From Candidatus Latescibacterota bacterium (GTDB lineage: Bacteria; Latescibacterota; UBA2968; UBA8231): a DNA stretch of 64,000 nucleotides. Shown here one piece after another: positions 1 through 12,032 of this stretch; position 1 is the stretch's first letter; every line of letters starts with the position of its first letter. The stretch is from NCBI GenBank assembly GCA_965223905.1, contig CBDCXV010000010.1, positions 1,312,001 to 1,376,000 of the forward strand, written 5' to 3'. The translations under genes were made by a program, and so were the position numbers. The notes under the pieces are model-generated. The model was given only the letters and a program-made list of their open reading frames with translations. It was not told the origin of the DNA and ran no database searches.

Positions 1-203
1 TGGCTTGGTAGTCGAAACTGGTAAAGAGCCGCACCGGCTCCTCTTCGGCGCCCTCCTCGGCTTGCGCCAGCGCCTGCTCCATCAGCGGCGCCCCGAGTTC
101 GTGCAGCTTGCAGTTGGGAGCCTGGCCCAGGATAAACGACAGGCCGTACTCTTCGCACACCTCGTGGACCTCCGGGGTGCTGAAGTGCGAGTCGCCCCGC
201 AAG
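1..203 (-). pseudogene. IS1380-family transposase internal fragment (runs off window edge)
   Basis: Minus strand reads LRGDSHFSTPEVHEVCEEYGLSFILGQAPN...VRLFTSFDYQA, resembling the RGDSxF region of IS1380 DDE transposases; no N-terminal part upstream. Confidence 0.6.
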
Positions 204-611
204 CAACTGACGCTGTTCAACGCCGGTCTGCAGCCCGGCCCTGCTCTACGACCTGGGACGGGACGCCGACTGGGCGTACTGGTTCGCCCGCCAGGGCCAG
301 TCCACGCCCGACCGGAAGACCTGCGCATGGATCCACCCGGGCGGTGGGATCGTTCTGCGCGCTTGTCCGGGCCGAGGGCATCCGCATAGCCGACCGTCGC
401 CCGCAGCCGCTTATCCTGCCTGCTATGCGCTCGCCGAAGACCACTTCGAAATCTTTCTCCTGGCTGAGCAGCAGTCCCCCCGGATGGTCTCGCCCGCGGG
501 CAATCGGTGATCGGCCGCCAGAAGGCTTCCGGAGGCTTGCTCGCGGGCAAGCTTTCAGTCCACATCCCACCGCCGGCCCGCTCCCCGCTATATTCGGTAA
601 CAGGAGAGGCC

Positions 612-3182
612 ATGACAGTCGAAACACGCGATCCGGTCTGCGGCATGACCGTGAACCCGGACAAGGCCCGGTTCACGCACGACTACGAGGGCACGACCTA
701 CCTGTTCTGCTGCGGCGGGTGCCAGGCGGCTTTCCGGAACGATCCGGAGGCCTTCCTGCGTGCGCCCGACGAGACCGCAGGGAGTGGCGCGGCCCATCAG
801 GGTCACGCGCCCGAGAGTCATGACACTCCCTGCCATGACCACGCGTCGCACGGCTCGGCAGCGGTGGCCGGCGGTCACACCGGGCACATAGCCGGAGCTT
901 CAGGGGCGTCCGCCGCCGCCTACGTCTGCCCGATGTGTCCCGACGTGCGCGAGACCGAGCCTGTGCCCTGCCCCAGCTGCGGCATGGCGCTGGAGCCGGA
1001 GTACACCGCGGCGCCGGCGGCAACGGTCGAGTACACCTGTCCGATGCACCCGGAGGTCGTGGGCGCCGGGCCGGGGGCGTGTCCGGCGTGCGGCATGGCG
1101 CTCGAGCCGCGCGCGGTGACGCAGGACGAGGCGCCCAATCCCGAGCTGGCCGACATGGCGCGCCGTTTCCGGATCGGGGCGGCGATCGGGCTGCCGGTGT
1201 TCGCCCTGGCGATGGCGGAGATGGTCGCTGGGGCGTCGGCGCTGCCGCTGAGCCGCACCGTCTCGAACTGGATCCAGCTCGCCTGCGCCGCGCCGGTCGT
1301 GCTCTGGGCGGGACGGCCGTTCTTCGAGCGGGGGTGGGCGTCGATCGTGAACCGCAGCCCGAACATGTTCACGCTGATCGCGCTCGGCGTCGGCGCGGCG
1401 TTCCTCTACAGCGCAGCGGCCACCGTGGTCCCGGGCAGCTTTCCGGCCGGATTCCGGATGGGGGGCGGCGTCGAGCCCTACTTCGACACCGCGGTGGTCA
1501 TCACCGTGCTCGTGCTGCTCGGGCAGGTGCTGGAGCTGCGCGCGCGCCAGCGGACCGGCGCCGCGCTGCGGGGGCTGCTCGGTCTCGCCCCTCCGGTCGC
1601 CCACCGGATCGGCGGCGGCGACGCGACAGGTGACGATGCGGCGGCGCTGGCCGCGGCCGCTCACGAGGATGTGCCGCTCTCCGAGGTGCGGGCCGGGGAC
1701 CGGTTGCGGGTTCTGCCCGGAGAGCGCCTGCCGGTGGACGGAATCGTGGTCGACGGGCGCAGCGCGGTCGACGAGTCGATGGTCAGCGGCGAGCCGATCC
1801 CGGTCGAGAAGGGGCCGGGCGACGCGGTGATCGGCGCCACGCTGAACGGCACGGGGAGCCTGACGATGCGCGCCGAGCGGGTCGGCGCGGAGACGCTGCT
1901 GGCGCAGATCGTCCGGATGGTGAGCGACGCCCAACGCAGCCGCGCGCCGATTCAGCGGGTGGCGGACCGCCTGGCTCGCTATCTGGTGCCGGCCGTCGTC
2001 ACCGTCGCCGCGGCGGCGTTCGCCGGGTGGGCGCTGTGGGGCCCGGAGCCGCGTCTGGCCCTCGGGCTGGTCAGCGCCGTTGCCGTGCTGATCATCGCCT
2101 GTCCGTGTGCACTCGGACTGGCGACGCCGATGGCGATCATGGTCGGCACCGGTCGCGGGGCGACGGCAGGGGTGCTGATTCGGGATGCGGCGGCGCTGGA
2201 GACGCTGGAGCGGGTCGATACGCTGATCGTCGACAAGACCGGCACCCTCACCGAGGGCAGGCCGCGCGTCCGCACAGTGGCGACCGCCCCCGGAGCCGCA
2301 CTGGACGAAGGAGAGCTCCTGCGCCTGGCGGCCGGGGTGGAGCGCGCCAGCGAGCACCCGCTGGCCGCGGCGATCATCGCGGAGGCCGACGCCCGCGGCT
2401 TGCCGCCCGTGGTCGCGGCCGACTTCACGTCGGAGACCGGGCGCGGAGTGGCGGGGCGGGTCGGCGGCCGGCAGGTCGTCGTCGGCACAGCGGCGTTCCT
2501 GGAGACGCAGGAGATCGACGCGCGCGATCTGGCGCTGCAGGCCGAGGAGGCGCGCGGGCGCGGTGAAACGGTGGTGCTCGTGGCGGTGGACGGGGCTCAC
2601 GGCGGGGTCATCGGGGTCGTCGATCCAGTCAAGGCGTCGACCCCGGAGGCGATCGGAATGCTGCGGCGCGAGGGGTTGCGAATCGTGATGGCGACCGGCG
2701 ACAGCCGCGCGACCGCCGGGGCGGTGGCCGCACAGGTCGGGATCGATCCAGCGGACGTCGTGGCCGAGGTGCTTCCGGCCGACAAGCGCCGCCTCGTGGC
2801 GGACGAGCAGGCGCGCGGGCGGATCGTGGCGATGGCGGGCGACGGCATCAACGACGCGCCGGCCCTGGCCGAGGCCGCCGTCGGCATCGCCATGGGGACC
2901 GGCACGGACGTCGCGATGGAGAGCGCCGGCGTCACCCTCGTCCGGGGCGATCTGCGGGCAATTGCGCGGGCGCGGCGGCTCAGCCGGTCGACGATGCGCA
3001 ACATCCGCCAGAACCTGGCCCTGGCGTTCGTCTACAACGCGGTCGGGGTCCCGGTGGCTGCGGGTCTGCTCTACCCCGTGATCGGCCTGCTCATCAGCCC
3101 GATCTGGGCGAGCGCGGCGATGACCCTGAGCTCGCTGTCGGTGGTCTGGAACGCCCTGCGCCTGCGGCGGATCGAGTTGTAG
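612..3182 (+). CDS. copA: Cu(I)/Ag(I)-translocating P1B-type ATPase with N-terminal YHS domain and YxCPM repeats
   Basis: DPVCGM (YHS), [37 protein letters not shown]..MxxSS; ATG 612 after AGGAG. Confidence 0.92.
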   Translation: MTVETRDPVCGMTVNPDKARFTHDYEGTTYLFCCGGCQAAFRNDPEAFLRAPDETAGSGAAHQGHAPESHDTPCHDHASHGSAAVAGGHTGHIAGASGASAAAYVCPMCPDVRETEPVPCPSCGMALEPEYTAAPAATVEYTCPMHPEVVGAGPGACPACGMALEPRAVTQDEAPNPELADMARRFRIGAAIGLPVFALAMAEMVAGASALPLSRTVSNWIQLACAAPVVLWAGRPFFERGWASIVNRSPNMFTLIALGVGAAFLYSAAATVVPGSFPAGFRMGGGVEPYFDTAVVITVLVLLGQVLELRARQRTGAALRGLLGLAPPVAHRIGGGDATGDDAAALAAAAHEDVPLSEVRAGDRLRVLPGERLPVDGIVVDGRSAVDESMVSGEPIPVEKGPGDAVIGATLNGTGSLTMRAERVGAETLLAQIVRMVSDAQRSRAPIQRVADRLARYLVPAVVTVAAAAFAGWALWGPEPRLALGLVSAVAVLIIACPCALGLATPMAIMVGTGRGATAGVLIRDAAALETLERVDTLIVDKTGTLTEGRPRVRTVATAPGAALDEGELLRLAAGVERASEHPLAAAIIAEADARGLPPVVAADFTSETGRGVAGRVGGRQVVVGTAAFLETQEIDARDLALQAEEARGRGETVVLVAVDGAHGGVIGVVDPVKASTPEAIGMLRREGLRIVMATGDSRATAGAVAAQVGIDPADVVAEVLPADKRRLVADEQARGRIVAMAGDGINDAPALAEAAVGIAMGTGTDVAMESAGVTLVRGDLRAIARARRLSRSTMRNIRQNLALAFVYNAVGVPVAAGLLYPVIGLLISPIWASAAMTLSSLSVVWNALRLRRIEL

Positions 3183-3280
3183 GGCGGCCGGCTCCGTCTC
3201 AGCCTCGGCGCGCAGGGATGGCGTCGATTCGCTTGCTGAAGACACCGTGGGTGGACGGCACCTCACCAAAGAGGAAAGCA

Positions 3281-3835
3281 ATGGAACCGAAACACCTCTC
3301 GTCACCGGAGCTGAACGAGCTCGCGCACATTCGCCAATCGCCTGCCGATGAGGGAAGGCTGCTGCTGATCTCGCGACGGCCACAGATCGGTGAGCGCGAA
3401 CTTCTGCGGGAAGGGAAGCTCGACGTTGACGAGGGATTGGTGGGGGACAACTGGCGGACCCGGGGCGAACTGGCGACACCTCCGCGCGACGCCAACCCGG
3501 ATGCGCAGGTGACCGTCATGAACGCTCGCGTCGCCGATCTGGTCGCCGGCAGCCGGGAGCGCTGGCCGCTGGCGGGCGATCAGCTGTTCATCGACCTCGA
3601 CCTCAGTCTCGACAACCTGCCGGCGGGGACGCGGCTCGCCATCGGCTCGGCGGTTCTGGAGGTCACGCCCGTTCCGCACACGGGCTGCAAGAAATTCGTC
3701 GAGCGTTTCGGCCTGGATGCGATGCTTTTCGTCAACTCCGACGAAGGCAGGCAGATGTGCCTGCGCGGCATCAACACGCGGGTCGTCGAGAGCGGAGCGA
3801 TCCGTGTCGGAGACCGGGTCACCAGGCAGCGGTGA
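3281..3835 (+). CDS. MOSC domain-containing protein
   Basis: GLVGD, GSAVLEVT, PHTGCKKF, RGINTRVVESGAIRVGD. Confidence 0.85.
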   Translation: MEPKHLSSPELNELAHIRQSPADEGRLLLISRRPQIGERELLREGKLDVDEGLVGDNWRTRGELATPPRDANPDAQVTVMNARVADLVAGSRERWPLAGDQLFIDLDLSLDNLPAGTRLAIGSAVLEVTPVPHTGCKKFVERFGLDAMLFVNSDEGRQMCLRGINTRVVESGAIRVGDRVTRQR

Positions 3836-3926
3836 TCCGCCCCTCGTGCGGGCGCCGTAGGGCGCGGCTCCCGCTGTTTGTTCAGGACGCTGTCATCATC
3901 GCCCGAACAGATGACGCGAGGTTACC

Positions 3927-5531
3927 ATGCGATCCCGACCCCGGCCCAACATTCTCTGGATTTCGTTTGAAGACACCGGTCCGTTCTACGGGTGCTACGG
4001 CGATCCGGTAGCGCGTACCCCGAACATGGACCGCTTCGCCGCCCAAGGGTGGCGGTGGACGAACTGTTTCTCCACGGCGGGGGTATGCGCGCCGGCCCGT
4101 TCGGCGATCATCACCGGGATGTATTCCATCTCCATCGGCACCCACCACATGCGGACCACGCACGTCCATCCCGCCGCCCCCGAAATGCCCACGCCCTATT
4201 CCGCGGTGGTTCCCCACTACGTCAAGTGCTTCACCGAATACCTGCGCGCCGCCGGCTACTACTGCACGAACAACGCAAAGACCGACTACCAGTTCGAGCC
4301 GCCGTTGACGGCCTGGGACGAGCTCGGAGCGCACGCCCACTGGCGCAACCGCCCCGATCCGGAACAACCGTTCTTCGCGGTGTTCAACCTCGTGCGCAGC
4401 CACGAGAGCGGGGCCTGGCCGGAAAGGTGTCCTTCACCGGAGTTCGATCCCGGCGACATCCGACCGCCGCCCTATCTCCCGGACACGCCGGCAGTGCGGG
4501 AAGCCATGGCGCGCATGTACAAGCACATCGCCCACAACGACCGGGAATTCGCATCGCTCCTTGGCCAGCTGGAAGAGGACGGGCTCGCGGAAAACACCTG
4601 GGTATTCAACTGGAGCGACCACGGCCCCCTGCCCCGCGGCAAACGCTGGCCCTACGACGCGGGCATCCACGTGCCGCTGATCGTTCGGGGACCGGGCCTG
4701 GAACCGGGCCAGGTACGGGATGAGCTGGTAAGCACCGTAGATCTCGGGCCCACCGTGCTCTCCCTGGCCGGCGTCGAGATCCCCCGCCACGTCCAGGGCC
4801 GCGCGTTCCTGGGAGATCAGGCCTGCCCCCCGCGCGATTACGTCCATGCCAGCAGGGACCGCCACGACGAGTCCTACGACATGGTCCGCGCCGTTCGCGA
4901 CCGCCGCTTCAAGTACATCCGGAACTACCGGCCGGACCTTCCCTACCTTGGCTGGATTCCCTACCGCAACCGCCATCCCATCGTCCAGGAGCTGTGGCGG
5001 CTGCACCTGGAGGAAGCGCTGGACGAGGCGCAGTCGGCCCTGTTCCGGTATCCGAGACCGGTCGAAGAGCTGTACGACACCGCCGCCGATCCCCACGAGA
5101 TCCGCAACCTGGCGGCCGATCCCCGGTGGCGGGACGAACTGCAGCGCATGCGTCGCGCGCTCGATGGCTGGCTGGACGAAGTGGGCGATATGGGCCGCAT
5201 ACCGGAGAGCGAAATGGTCCGGAACTGGTATGCGGGCGGCCGGCAGCCCGAAACCGCCCCCGTGGTATGCGTGCCGGTAAGCCCCGAAAGCCCGGGGATC
5301 GAACCGGCCCCGGAGGGGGGCACCTTCGCCGGCCCCATGCTGGTTCAGCTTCACTGTGCCACACAGGGCGCCTCCATCGCCTATACCCGCGACACGGAGG
5401 ACGGTCCGCGATGGCGGCTCTACACCGAACCGATCCGTCTGTCCTCAGGCAACCACCAGGTGCGGGCGCGCGCCATCCGCATCGGGTACGGGGAGAGCCG
5501 GGAGATCCGGGCGCGCTTTGTCGTGAGGTAA
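3927..5531 (+). CDS. Sulfatase with C-terminal Fn3-associated/chitobiase-like domain
   Basis: RPNILWI, CAPARSA (CxPxR) motif, SDHG, ELYD..DPHE; C-terminal GASIAYT..YTEPI. Confidence 0.9.
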   Translation: MRSRPRPNILWISFEDTGPFYGCYGDPVARTPNMDRFAAQGWRWTNCFSTAGVCAPARSAIITGMYSISIGTHHMRTTHVHPAAPEMPTPYSAVVPHYVKCFTEYLRAAGYYCTNNAKTDYQFEPPLTAWDELGAHAHWRNRPDPEQPFFAVFNLVRSHESGAWPERCPSPEFDPGDIRPPPYLPDTPAVREAMARMYKHIAHNDREFASLLGQLEEDGLAENTWVFNWSDHGPLPRGKRWPYDAGIHVPLIVRGPGLEPGQVRDELVSTVDLGPTVLSLAGVEIPRHVQGRAFLGDQACPPRDYVHASRDRHDESYDMVRAVRDRRFKYIRNYRPDLPYLGWIPYRNRHPIVQELWRLHLEEALDEAQSALFRYPRPVEELYDTAADPHEIRNLAADPRWRDELQRMRRALDGWLDEVGDMGRIPESEMVRNWYAGGRQPETAPVVCVPVSPESPGIEPAPEGGTFAGPMLVQLHCATQGASIAYTRDTEDGPRWRLYTEPIRLSSGNHQVRARAIRIGYGESREIRARFVVR

Positions 5532-5765
5532 TGCAGGGAAGAGCCGGTGAGCCTGGTATCGCACTCGGGCGTCGGCGAGACCGCGGCGCTGCGCATTCGG
5601 ATGTTCCAGGCCAAGTTATTCGCCTACCGGGTATGAGGAAGGGACCTGCGGATGGAGAGATGGCATTGAAATTTGGGGAGCGCTTTGCTATTGTGATGAG
5701 AACAGAGATATGACACAGCAACGATCCACATCTGCGGCATATATCGGTAGACCGGGGGACAATTC

Positions 5766-7355
5766 ATGAATTCTGAAAGGTGCCGGCCTCGTTTCTTTAG
5801 ATACAGGATTGTCAGTGCGAAGATCCGGTATAGCGCGACAGTTTTAACCGCGTTGACATTTCTATGCGGCTGCAGCGGCCATACGCTACAACGAAGCCTT
5901 GTAAAACCGGAGCAGATTCAGTCACTCGATGGCAATTCGCCCTTCTTGAAAGTGCACATGCGGGATGGACGGGTATATATTTTATCGTCGTGGACGGTCG
6001 ATCAAGAAACCCCAACAGTGACCGGAAGTGGAGATGTTCTCAGTGTAAACCGGGATGTTGTGGAGACGGGTCAATTCAGGATCTCGATCGATTCAGTGGC
6101 CATTTTCGAGACCAACGTTGTGCAGAGCTCGCCTGGTGTGGCGGCTTTGGCGGTCATCACCGGGGTATCGGTGGCTCTAACGACACACTGCCTTGCAAAT
6201 CCAAAGTCGTGTTTCGGCTCATGTCCGACGTTTTATGTTTCGGACGGTGATCAGCGCATTCTCGCGGCAGAAGGTTTCTCGGCGAGTGTTGCGCCATCCC
6301 TCGAAGCAGTGGACATCGATGCTTTGCATAGTGCGGAGCCTGCGGGTAGCCGTTTCGAAATCCGAATGAAAAATGAGGCACTTGAAACCCATGTAGTGCG
6401 CTACGCCCATCTGCTGGCGGTTGAACGGTTGTCCGGAGGGGGAGTCTTCGCAACGGCTGAGGGTGCTTTTTGGGGAACTGGGACCAGCGTGGCTCCAAGT
6501 GCGGCTTTTGGTCCGGAAGGAGATTGTCTGGCGGCACTTCAGGCCATCGACGGGCATGAGCGATTCAGTGAAGCGGATTCCGGGAATCTCGCCCAGCGGG
6601 AGACGCTTGAAATCGCATTCGACACCGTGCCCGACGGCGGAACTGGAGTGGTAATCGCCGCCCGGCAGACCTTGTTGAGCACCTTCCTTTTCTATCAGGC
6701 TTTAGCTTATATGGGTCGCTCGGCTGGGGAATGGACTGCGGCTCTTGAGAAGGGGGATAATGGCCTGCAAAGGCAGATGACTTTCGATCATCTACTTGGA
6801 GGGATTGAAGTGTTTTTACAGGAGGACAGGGGTAAGTGGGTTTCCATCGGTGAAATCAATGAGAGTGGGCCCCTAGCCACTGATATTCACCTCGTTAAAT
6901 TGCCGCATGTCGAGCGTAAACGACTGAAGATGCGGCTGCGTCTGACACGTGGGCATTGGCGTCTCGACGCGGTTGGGTTGGTTGAATTAGGCCGACAACT
7001 CAGCCCGATGCGACTGCGTCCAGACGAAGTGCATCGCAACGGAATCGATGACCCTCGGGCAAAGCAGTTGTTGGCTGGGACAGACGCGGTTCTGACAGCG
7101 TTTCCGGGTGATGTGTACACCCTCGTTTACCATCTCCCGGAAGATTTTGAGAGGTATGAACTTTTCCTCGAGAGCCGCGGTTACTATCTCGAATGGATTC
7201 GCGAAGAATGGCTAGCGGATGAAAATCCTGCGCTCGCCGCGATGATGTTGTTCAACCCCGGATCTGCTCTCCGTTTGCTGGCCCCGGAGTTCAAGAAAGT
7301 CGAAGCCACCATGGAAGAACTGTTTTGGAACAGTCGCTATGAGCTGTCTCAATAG
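5766..7355 (+). CDS. Hypothetical lipoprotein
   Basis: 529-aa ORF, lipobox-like LCGC, CFGSCP motif; lower GC than flanks; start uncertain. Confidence 0.7.
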   Translation: MNSERCRPRFFRYRIVSAKIRYSATVLTALTFLCGCSGHTLQRSLVKPEQIQSLDGNSPFLKVHMRDGRVYILSSWTVDQETPTVTGSGDVLSVNRDVVETGQFRISIDSVAIFETNVVQSSPGVAALAVITGVSVALTTHCLANPKSCFGSCPTFYVSDGDQRILAAEGFSASVAPSLEAVDIDALHSAEPAGSRFEIRMKNEALETHVVRYAHLLAVERLSGGGVFATAEGAFWGTGTSVAPSAAFGPEGDCLAALQAIDGHERFSEADSGNLAQRETLEIAFDTVPDGGTGVVIAARQTLLSTFLFYQALAYMGRSAGEWTAALEKGDNGLQRQMTFDHLLGGIEVFLQEDRGKWVSIGEINESGPLATDIHLVKLPHVERKRLKMRLRLTRGHWRLDAVGLVELGRQLSPMRLRPDEVHRNGIDDPRAKQLLAGTDAVLTAFPGDVYTLVYHLPEDFERYELFLESRGYYLEWIREEWLADENPALAAMMLFNPGSALRLLAPEFKKVEATMEELFWNSRYELSQ

Positions 7356-8391
7356 GTACACGATTCTCCCGATCTCTGTTCTGACGCTTCATGTAGGGGG
7401 ATGTGCGACCACGACCGCTCCGCCAGGATGGCTTCCGTCCCCGCCTGTCGCACAATCCGACGGTTTCGGGGGTTGGATATCCGTCAAGTACGACACAGAA
7501 AATTCGAAAGCAGAGGAGCACGGAGAGTTGATTGCAGTGGGCTCCAACCAAATTTATGTTTTAACAGCGGAGGAGTTGCTTTCAATTTCGACCAGCAAGA
7601 TTTCTCATTTTAAACTAACGGCTTATGATTCAAACTCGCGTAGGCTCTCAGGTTGGACGCTTCTGGGTACACTGTCGGCCTATTCTCATGGGTGGGGGGC
7701 GATTTTGTCCTGGCCAGTTTGGATTATCGGGGGCAGCCTCTCGACGAGAGCTCAATCCCTCGCACCGGTCAGGTATTATACACCTTCGTTGGACGAGTTA
7801 CGCGCCTATGCGCGTTTTCCACAAGGTTTGTATGAAGAGAAGAGCTTGCGATCGCTGAAACCCAAGCCCGGGCCTTATCCGCTAGCTCAGCGGTCTTTTT
7901 CCCAGGTTCCCGGTCACCACGATGGGTTCCATTTCCGGCTTTCATCGGGAATCGGGCCCGCATCCGGAATAGGTGGCCACATCAGTAGTATGAAGATTGA
8001 GGCAGGATATGCGGTCGTCGACAATCTCATTTTCAATGTGCAGCTATTTGCGAGTGGTGGCCAGCAGATACGGGTTCCTGTCAGCGGGATCGGGCTTGGA
8101 ACAACTTACTACATCCTGCCGGCCAATTTTTATTTTTCCGGAACAATTGCCCTAGCACAAGGGACTACAGATGACTGGCTGGAACAAAGCGGTACCGCTT
8201 ATGCCGTAAACGTCGCGGTAGGCCGCGAATGGTGGGTGACCAAAAATTGGGCGCTTGGGACAGGGGGGCAGTTATTGCACACCGTTGTCCCCGTCGAGTA
8301 TAGCCGGCACAACCCTGTTCAGCTTAGAGGAAAGAAATTCGATTCGAAGGCCACCAGCATCGGACTCCTCTTCACTGTTTCCTTCAACTGA
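7339..8391 (+). CDS. Hypothetical lipoprotein with C-terminal beta-barrel-like region
   Basis: VGGC lipobox-like; ends LLFTVSFN; overlaps the upstream gene. Confidence 0.65.
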   Translation: MSCLNRYTILPISVLTLHVGGCATTTAPPGWLPSPPVAQSDGFGGWISVKYDTENSKAEEHGELIAVGSNQIYVLTAEELLSISTSKISHFKLTAYDSNSRRLSGWTLLGTLSAYSHGWGAILSWPVWIIGGSLSTRAQSLAPVRYYTPSLDELRAYARFPQGLYEEKSLRSLKPKPGPYPLAQRSFSQVPGHHDGFHFRLSSGIGPASGIGGHISSMKIEAGYAVVDNLIFNVQLFASGGQQIRVPVSGIGLGTTYYILPANFYFSGTIALAQGTTDDWLEQSGTAYAVNVAVGREWWVTKNWALGTGGQLLHTVVPVEYSRHNPVQLRGKKFDSKATSIGLLFTVSFN

Positions 8392-8477
8392 TAATGTTTC
8401 GTTTCCCCTTCTGCGGGCTTATGTACCGAGCCCCCGTCAGGACGAGGCGGAGCCGGCAAGCCGACATCCCGTCCAGG

Positions 8478-9380
8478 AACGGGGCGCCCTGCAGGACACT
8501 GTTCGGGGACCGCGACGATGACCGGGAGGAGATCGAAGGAATGACAGCGAGCAAGGATGCCGCAGACCTGCGCAGCGTGGACAGCTGCGAGGTGATCAAG
8601 GGGGTGGTGGCGCTCCTGTTCACCCCGTTCAGCGACGGCGGAACCCGCTTCGACGCCGCCGGCATGCGCCGCCAGCTCGACTTCGTGCTTGGGTCGGGGG
8701 TGTCGTCGGTGGTCGCCTGCGGCAAGGCGGGGGAGTTCGAGGGGCAGACTCTCGAGGAAATCGAGGAGGTGCTAGCCACGGTGCTGGAACACGTGAGCGG
8801 CCGTGTCCCCGTGGGCATGGGCATCATCAGCGTGGAGGAGGACCGCGGCCTGCCCGCGGCGGAGCTGGCGGCCCGGTGCGGCGCCGACTTCGCCATGACC
8901 GAGAAGCTGACCAGGGCGGGTCTGCACGGCTTCTTCAGCCAGATCGCCGAACGGATCCCCGTGATGCTCTACGACCAGACCAACGAAGGCAGCCTTGACG
9001 TGGACGGCGAAGTGCTGCCGCTGGTAGCCGCCATCGAGGGGATCATGACCGTCAAGGTGAGCGGCAACGTGTACTCCTTCGACCGGCTCAAGGGCGCGGC
9101 CCCGCAAGCGGCCTACATCTGCGGCTGGGACGCCTTCTCGCTGCCCGCCTACGTCTCCGGCGCCGACGGCGTGCCGGCAGCGCGGCCGTCATGCCGGATC
9201 GCTTACCGCACCCCGGACCCCTACGCCTTCTCCGTGTGCAAGCACATCCTGCACTGAAAGGGCCTGTTTGATTCACCCTTGGTCCGGCCGCCCTACGCAA
9301 ACGCCCCGACCTGGCTGCAGCGGGAACTGCGCGAGCTGGCCTAGCAGCTCGGGCTGCTCGACGGGGCCTGAACGCGTGGC
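8478..9380 (+). repeat. Direct repeat copy 1 (~0.9 kb) of 40766-41758
   Basis: Colinear high similarity from AACGG.CGCCCTGCAG to TGAACGCG.GGCT. Confidence 0.92.
8541..9371 (+). pseudogene. Dihydrodipicolinate synthase-family pseudogene
   Basis: Compared with the intact copy at 40828: small deletion, 86-bp deletion between GATCGC microhomologies, TGG>TGA and TAG stops. Confidence 0.88.
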
Positions 9381-9429
9381 TGCTTTCGCCCCACCCGCTA
9401 AACCAGGCCCTAAAAGAGCTGTGTGTTGG

Positions 9430-9740
9430 TGCTTGGTGCTGAACCGTTCGCGAGAGTCGGCCCGGCAAGCTCGAAGCTCCCGCAAATGGAAGCCGAAATC
9501 ATTCTCGAAGCACCGGATGGGCGAATCATCATGGATGCCAAGTACAACCAGGAGGCATTAGGAGGCCGTTACGGCGGGAAGTTGCATCCGAACAATCTCT
9601 ACCAGCTCTGGCCTACCTGAGAAACCGCGAGGCCACCGCAGCCCCAGGGCCGAAGCACGAAGGGATCCTGCTGTATCCGACAGTCGTCGTTCCCGAGGCG
9701 GGGTCGACCTCTGCCTGGAAGGCTTCTCGATCCGAACTAG
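9430..9740 (+). pseudogene. McrC-like restriction subunit C-terminal fragment
   Basis: IIMDAKY..KLHPNNLYQL, then a frameshift to AYLRN..EGILLYPT. Confidence 0.7.
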
Positions 9741-9991
9741 GAGCATCGGGATTTGGTCAAGAAGAAGGTAACGGTCAGTGGCGATGTGCCAGCGGCTCTG
9801 ATGAGCGCCCCGGAGGCTGCGGCGCTGATGGAGTCGCTCGACGGTGTGGTCTATACCACGCCGTGCAGGGATTTGGTGGCAAAGCATGCGCCGAGATCTC
9901 TTGTCACACAGGAATTGATCTACGAACCCGTTCCAGACGATCTCGCTCGTCTGAAAGAGGAACTTCTCACCTAAGAACAAAGGATGTCGAC

Positions 9992-11782
9992 GTGTCTCAC
10001 TTATTCCCTTGTCTCGGCCAGGTGGCTTCCGTGCTTAATGTGGTCATCTGCCTCGCCATTCCCATTCAGGTGGGTTCTCGGCAAGAGCTCGGCGAGCATC
10101 TCAAGTCGATAGCGGTGATTGACCGCGAATACGAACTCGGAGATGAAGTCGAGCTCGTCTTTGCGCGCAACCAGGCTGCTCGGCTGAGATGCGCTGGCAA
10201 CCCCTACGGGTTGCAGGAAGTTCTCATTGGCTGGATCTCAGGGGACTACTTCAAGCAGGACGCTGACCTCGTCGACGTTCGCTTTGTGTCCGATGACGGG
10301 AAGGTCTCCGGTGGAAACTCCTCCTTCCCGGGATCCCAAGGCTGCCTGAGGCAATTCGGTCAAACCCCCTGCCTGGTGGTGGCCGAATACGGCCTGAGGG
10401 ACGGCGATCTCGCTGTGCGCTTCCGTCTCCAGACCGACCCGGTTGAGAACAGGCGCGCCTATCAGGAGTTTCGGAAGAGGGGCAGCATCAGCACGCAGCA
10501 ACGTGGCCCCTGGGAGGTCTTGACCGGTACTGATTGGATACCTGTCCCCGAACTTACCGCGGCCGAGAGAGTGGCGGCATTTACCAAGCTGTGGAGTGAG
10601 GTAAAATACAACTTTGCCTTCTTCGATCAGGTTCCCCACCTCGACTGGGACCAAGTACTAAGTGAATACATTCCGGCAGTCATGGAGGACCAGACGACTG
10701 GTGAGTTCTACCGACTGATGCAGCGATGCCTTGCCCGCCTGCAAGACGGCCATACCAAAGTGAAGTATGCCTGGCGTACCGGTCGACCAGCTCTACTGGT
10801 ACGCCCCGTGGCTGGCAGGGCCATTATCGCTGATCATGGGCTAACCGAAGAGATCACGAAGTCGGAACTGAAAAGAGGAGATGAGATTACCCATGTCGAT
10901 GGTCGTTCAGTACAGGAGATCCTGAAGCAGGACATCTATCCCTACGTTTCCGAGTCAACACCGCAGGGACGGGATTCTGAGGCCTACAGAGTACTTCTTG
11001 GGGGACCGGAAGGCACCGTGGTAGGCGTTCGCGTCCGAAGCAGCAGCGGTTCGACAAGGGATCTGTCGCTTACCCGACGCTCCGAGTGGAAACAAAGGAA
11101 ACAGATGCCATGGCTCCGGATACCGAAGTTTGAGCACAAGGAGCTAGCCGGTGGTATCACGTACGTGTCGATTCGCACCTTCGGTACAGACAAGGTCGTC
11201 GAGCAGTTTGATGAGGTCTTTGAGAAGATCCGTGCCTCCCGAGGACTCATTATCGATGTGAGGGGAAATGGGGGTGGCAGCACTATTAACGCGTATGGAA
11301 TCGTCAGCTATCTGACTGACGGGCCTCTGGAGGGGTCCCGTTGGAGAACCCGCAAGTACATGCCCGCCTTTCGAGCCTGGGGACAAGAAGAGGAATGGCA
11401 TGAAGGAGAGCACGACCGGGTTGAGCCAGGAGATAGTCCCTATCTCGGCCCACTGGTGGTGCTGATTGGCCCCGAAACTGTGAGTGCGGCAGAGGACTTC
11501 CTGATTCCCCTTCATCACAGCGGCAGGGCGACCCTAGTTGGGGAGAGAACCGCAGGGACGACAGGCCAACCTCTCATAGTGAGACTGCCTGTTGCGAAAG
11601 CGTGGATCTGCACCAAACGCGACTCGTACCCTGACGGGAGGGAATTCGTCGGGGTTGGCGTGATCCCTGATGTGGAGGTGCATGCGACTCAACAGGACAT
11701 CGCCAGCGGCCGCGATGCAGTTCTAGAGAGGGCACTTGAGGTGATTAGAGCCGGATTTGCTGGGAAAGGGGAAACCAGATAG
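9992..11782 (+). CDS. S41 family peptidase (PDZ-like plus catalytic domain)
   Basis: LQDGHT, IIDVRGNGGG, TVSAAEDF, GERTAG, GVIPDVEV; GTG 9992 after AAGGA. Confidence 0.88.
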   Translation: MSHLFPCLGQVASVLNVVICLAIPIQVGSRQELGEHLKSIAVIDREYELGDEVELVFARNQAARLRCAGNPYGLQEVLIGWISGDYFKQDADLVDVRFVSDDGKVSGGNSSFPGSQGCLRQFGQTPCLVVAEYGLRDGDLAVRFRLQTDPVENRRAYQEFRKRGSISTQQRGPWEVLTGTDWIPVPELTAAERVAAFTKLWSEVKYNFAFFDQVPHLDWDQVLSEYIPAVMEDQTTGEFYRLMQRCLARLQDGHTKVKYAWRTGRPALLVRPVAGRAIIADHGLTEEITKSELKRGDEITHVDGRSVQEILKQDIYPYVSESTPQGRDSEAYRVLLGGPEGTVVGVRVRSSSGSTRDLSLTRRSEWKQRKQMPWLRIPKFEHKELAGGITYVSIRTFGTDKVVEQFDEVFEKIRASRGLIIDVRGNGGGSTINAYGIVSYLTDGPLEGSRWRTRKYMPAFRAWGQEEEWHEGEHDRVEPGDSPYLGPLVVLIGPETVSAAEDFLIPLHHSGRATLVGERTAGTTGQPLIVRLPVAKAWICTKRDSYPDGREFVGVGVIPDVEVHATQQDIASGRDAVLERALEVIRAGFAGKGETR

Positions 11783-12032
11783 GCCGGAGGATGAATTCAG
11801 GTCAGGTGATTCCAGCCAGATGGGGCTGCTGCAGGCGATGCATTCGACTGCTCATCCGGGATTTGTAAACGCGATAACGTAGTTGCCCAGTTTGGAGCCG
11901 AGAATCGTGTGGCTTCCGGGGACGACGACGAGGTACTGCTTGCCCTGCGGCTTCAGCGCCCTCCCGGATCCGGCGAATTCTCCCGAGGAAAGGACTGCCG
12001 CTCCGTGACTGAACGAAACCAACGAGAGGCGC

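Noticed and set aside
900-3479. 859-aa minus-strand ORF (and similar long ORFs at 15518, 17794, 51095, 58467)
   Set aside because: These are antisense shadows of well-supported GC-rich genes, with Arg/Gly/Pro-rich translations and no motifs.
5766-11782. Low-GC lipoprotein genes and the S41 peptidase as further cassettes
   Set aside because: No att-like palindromes or matching GTT/AAC ends were found at their boundaries.
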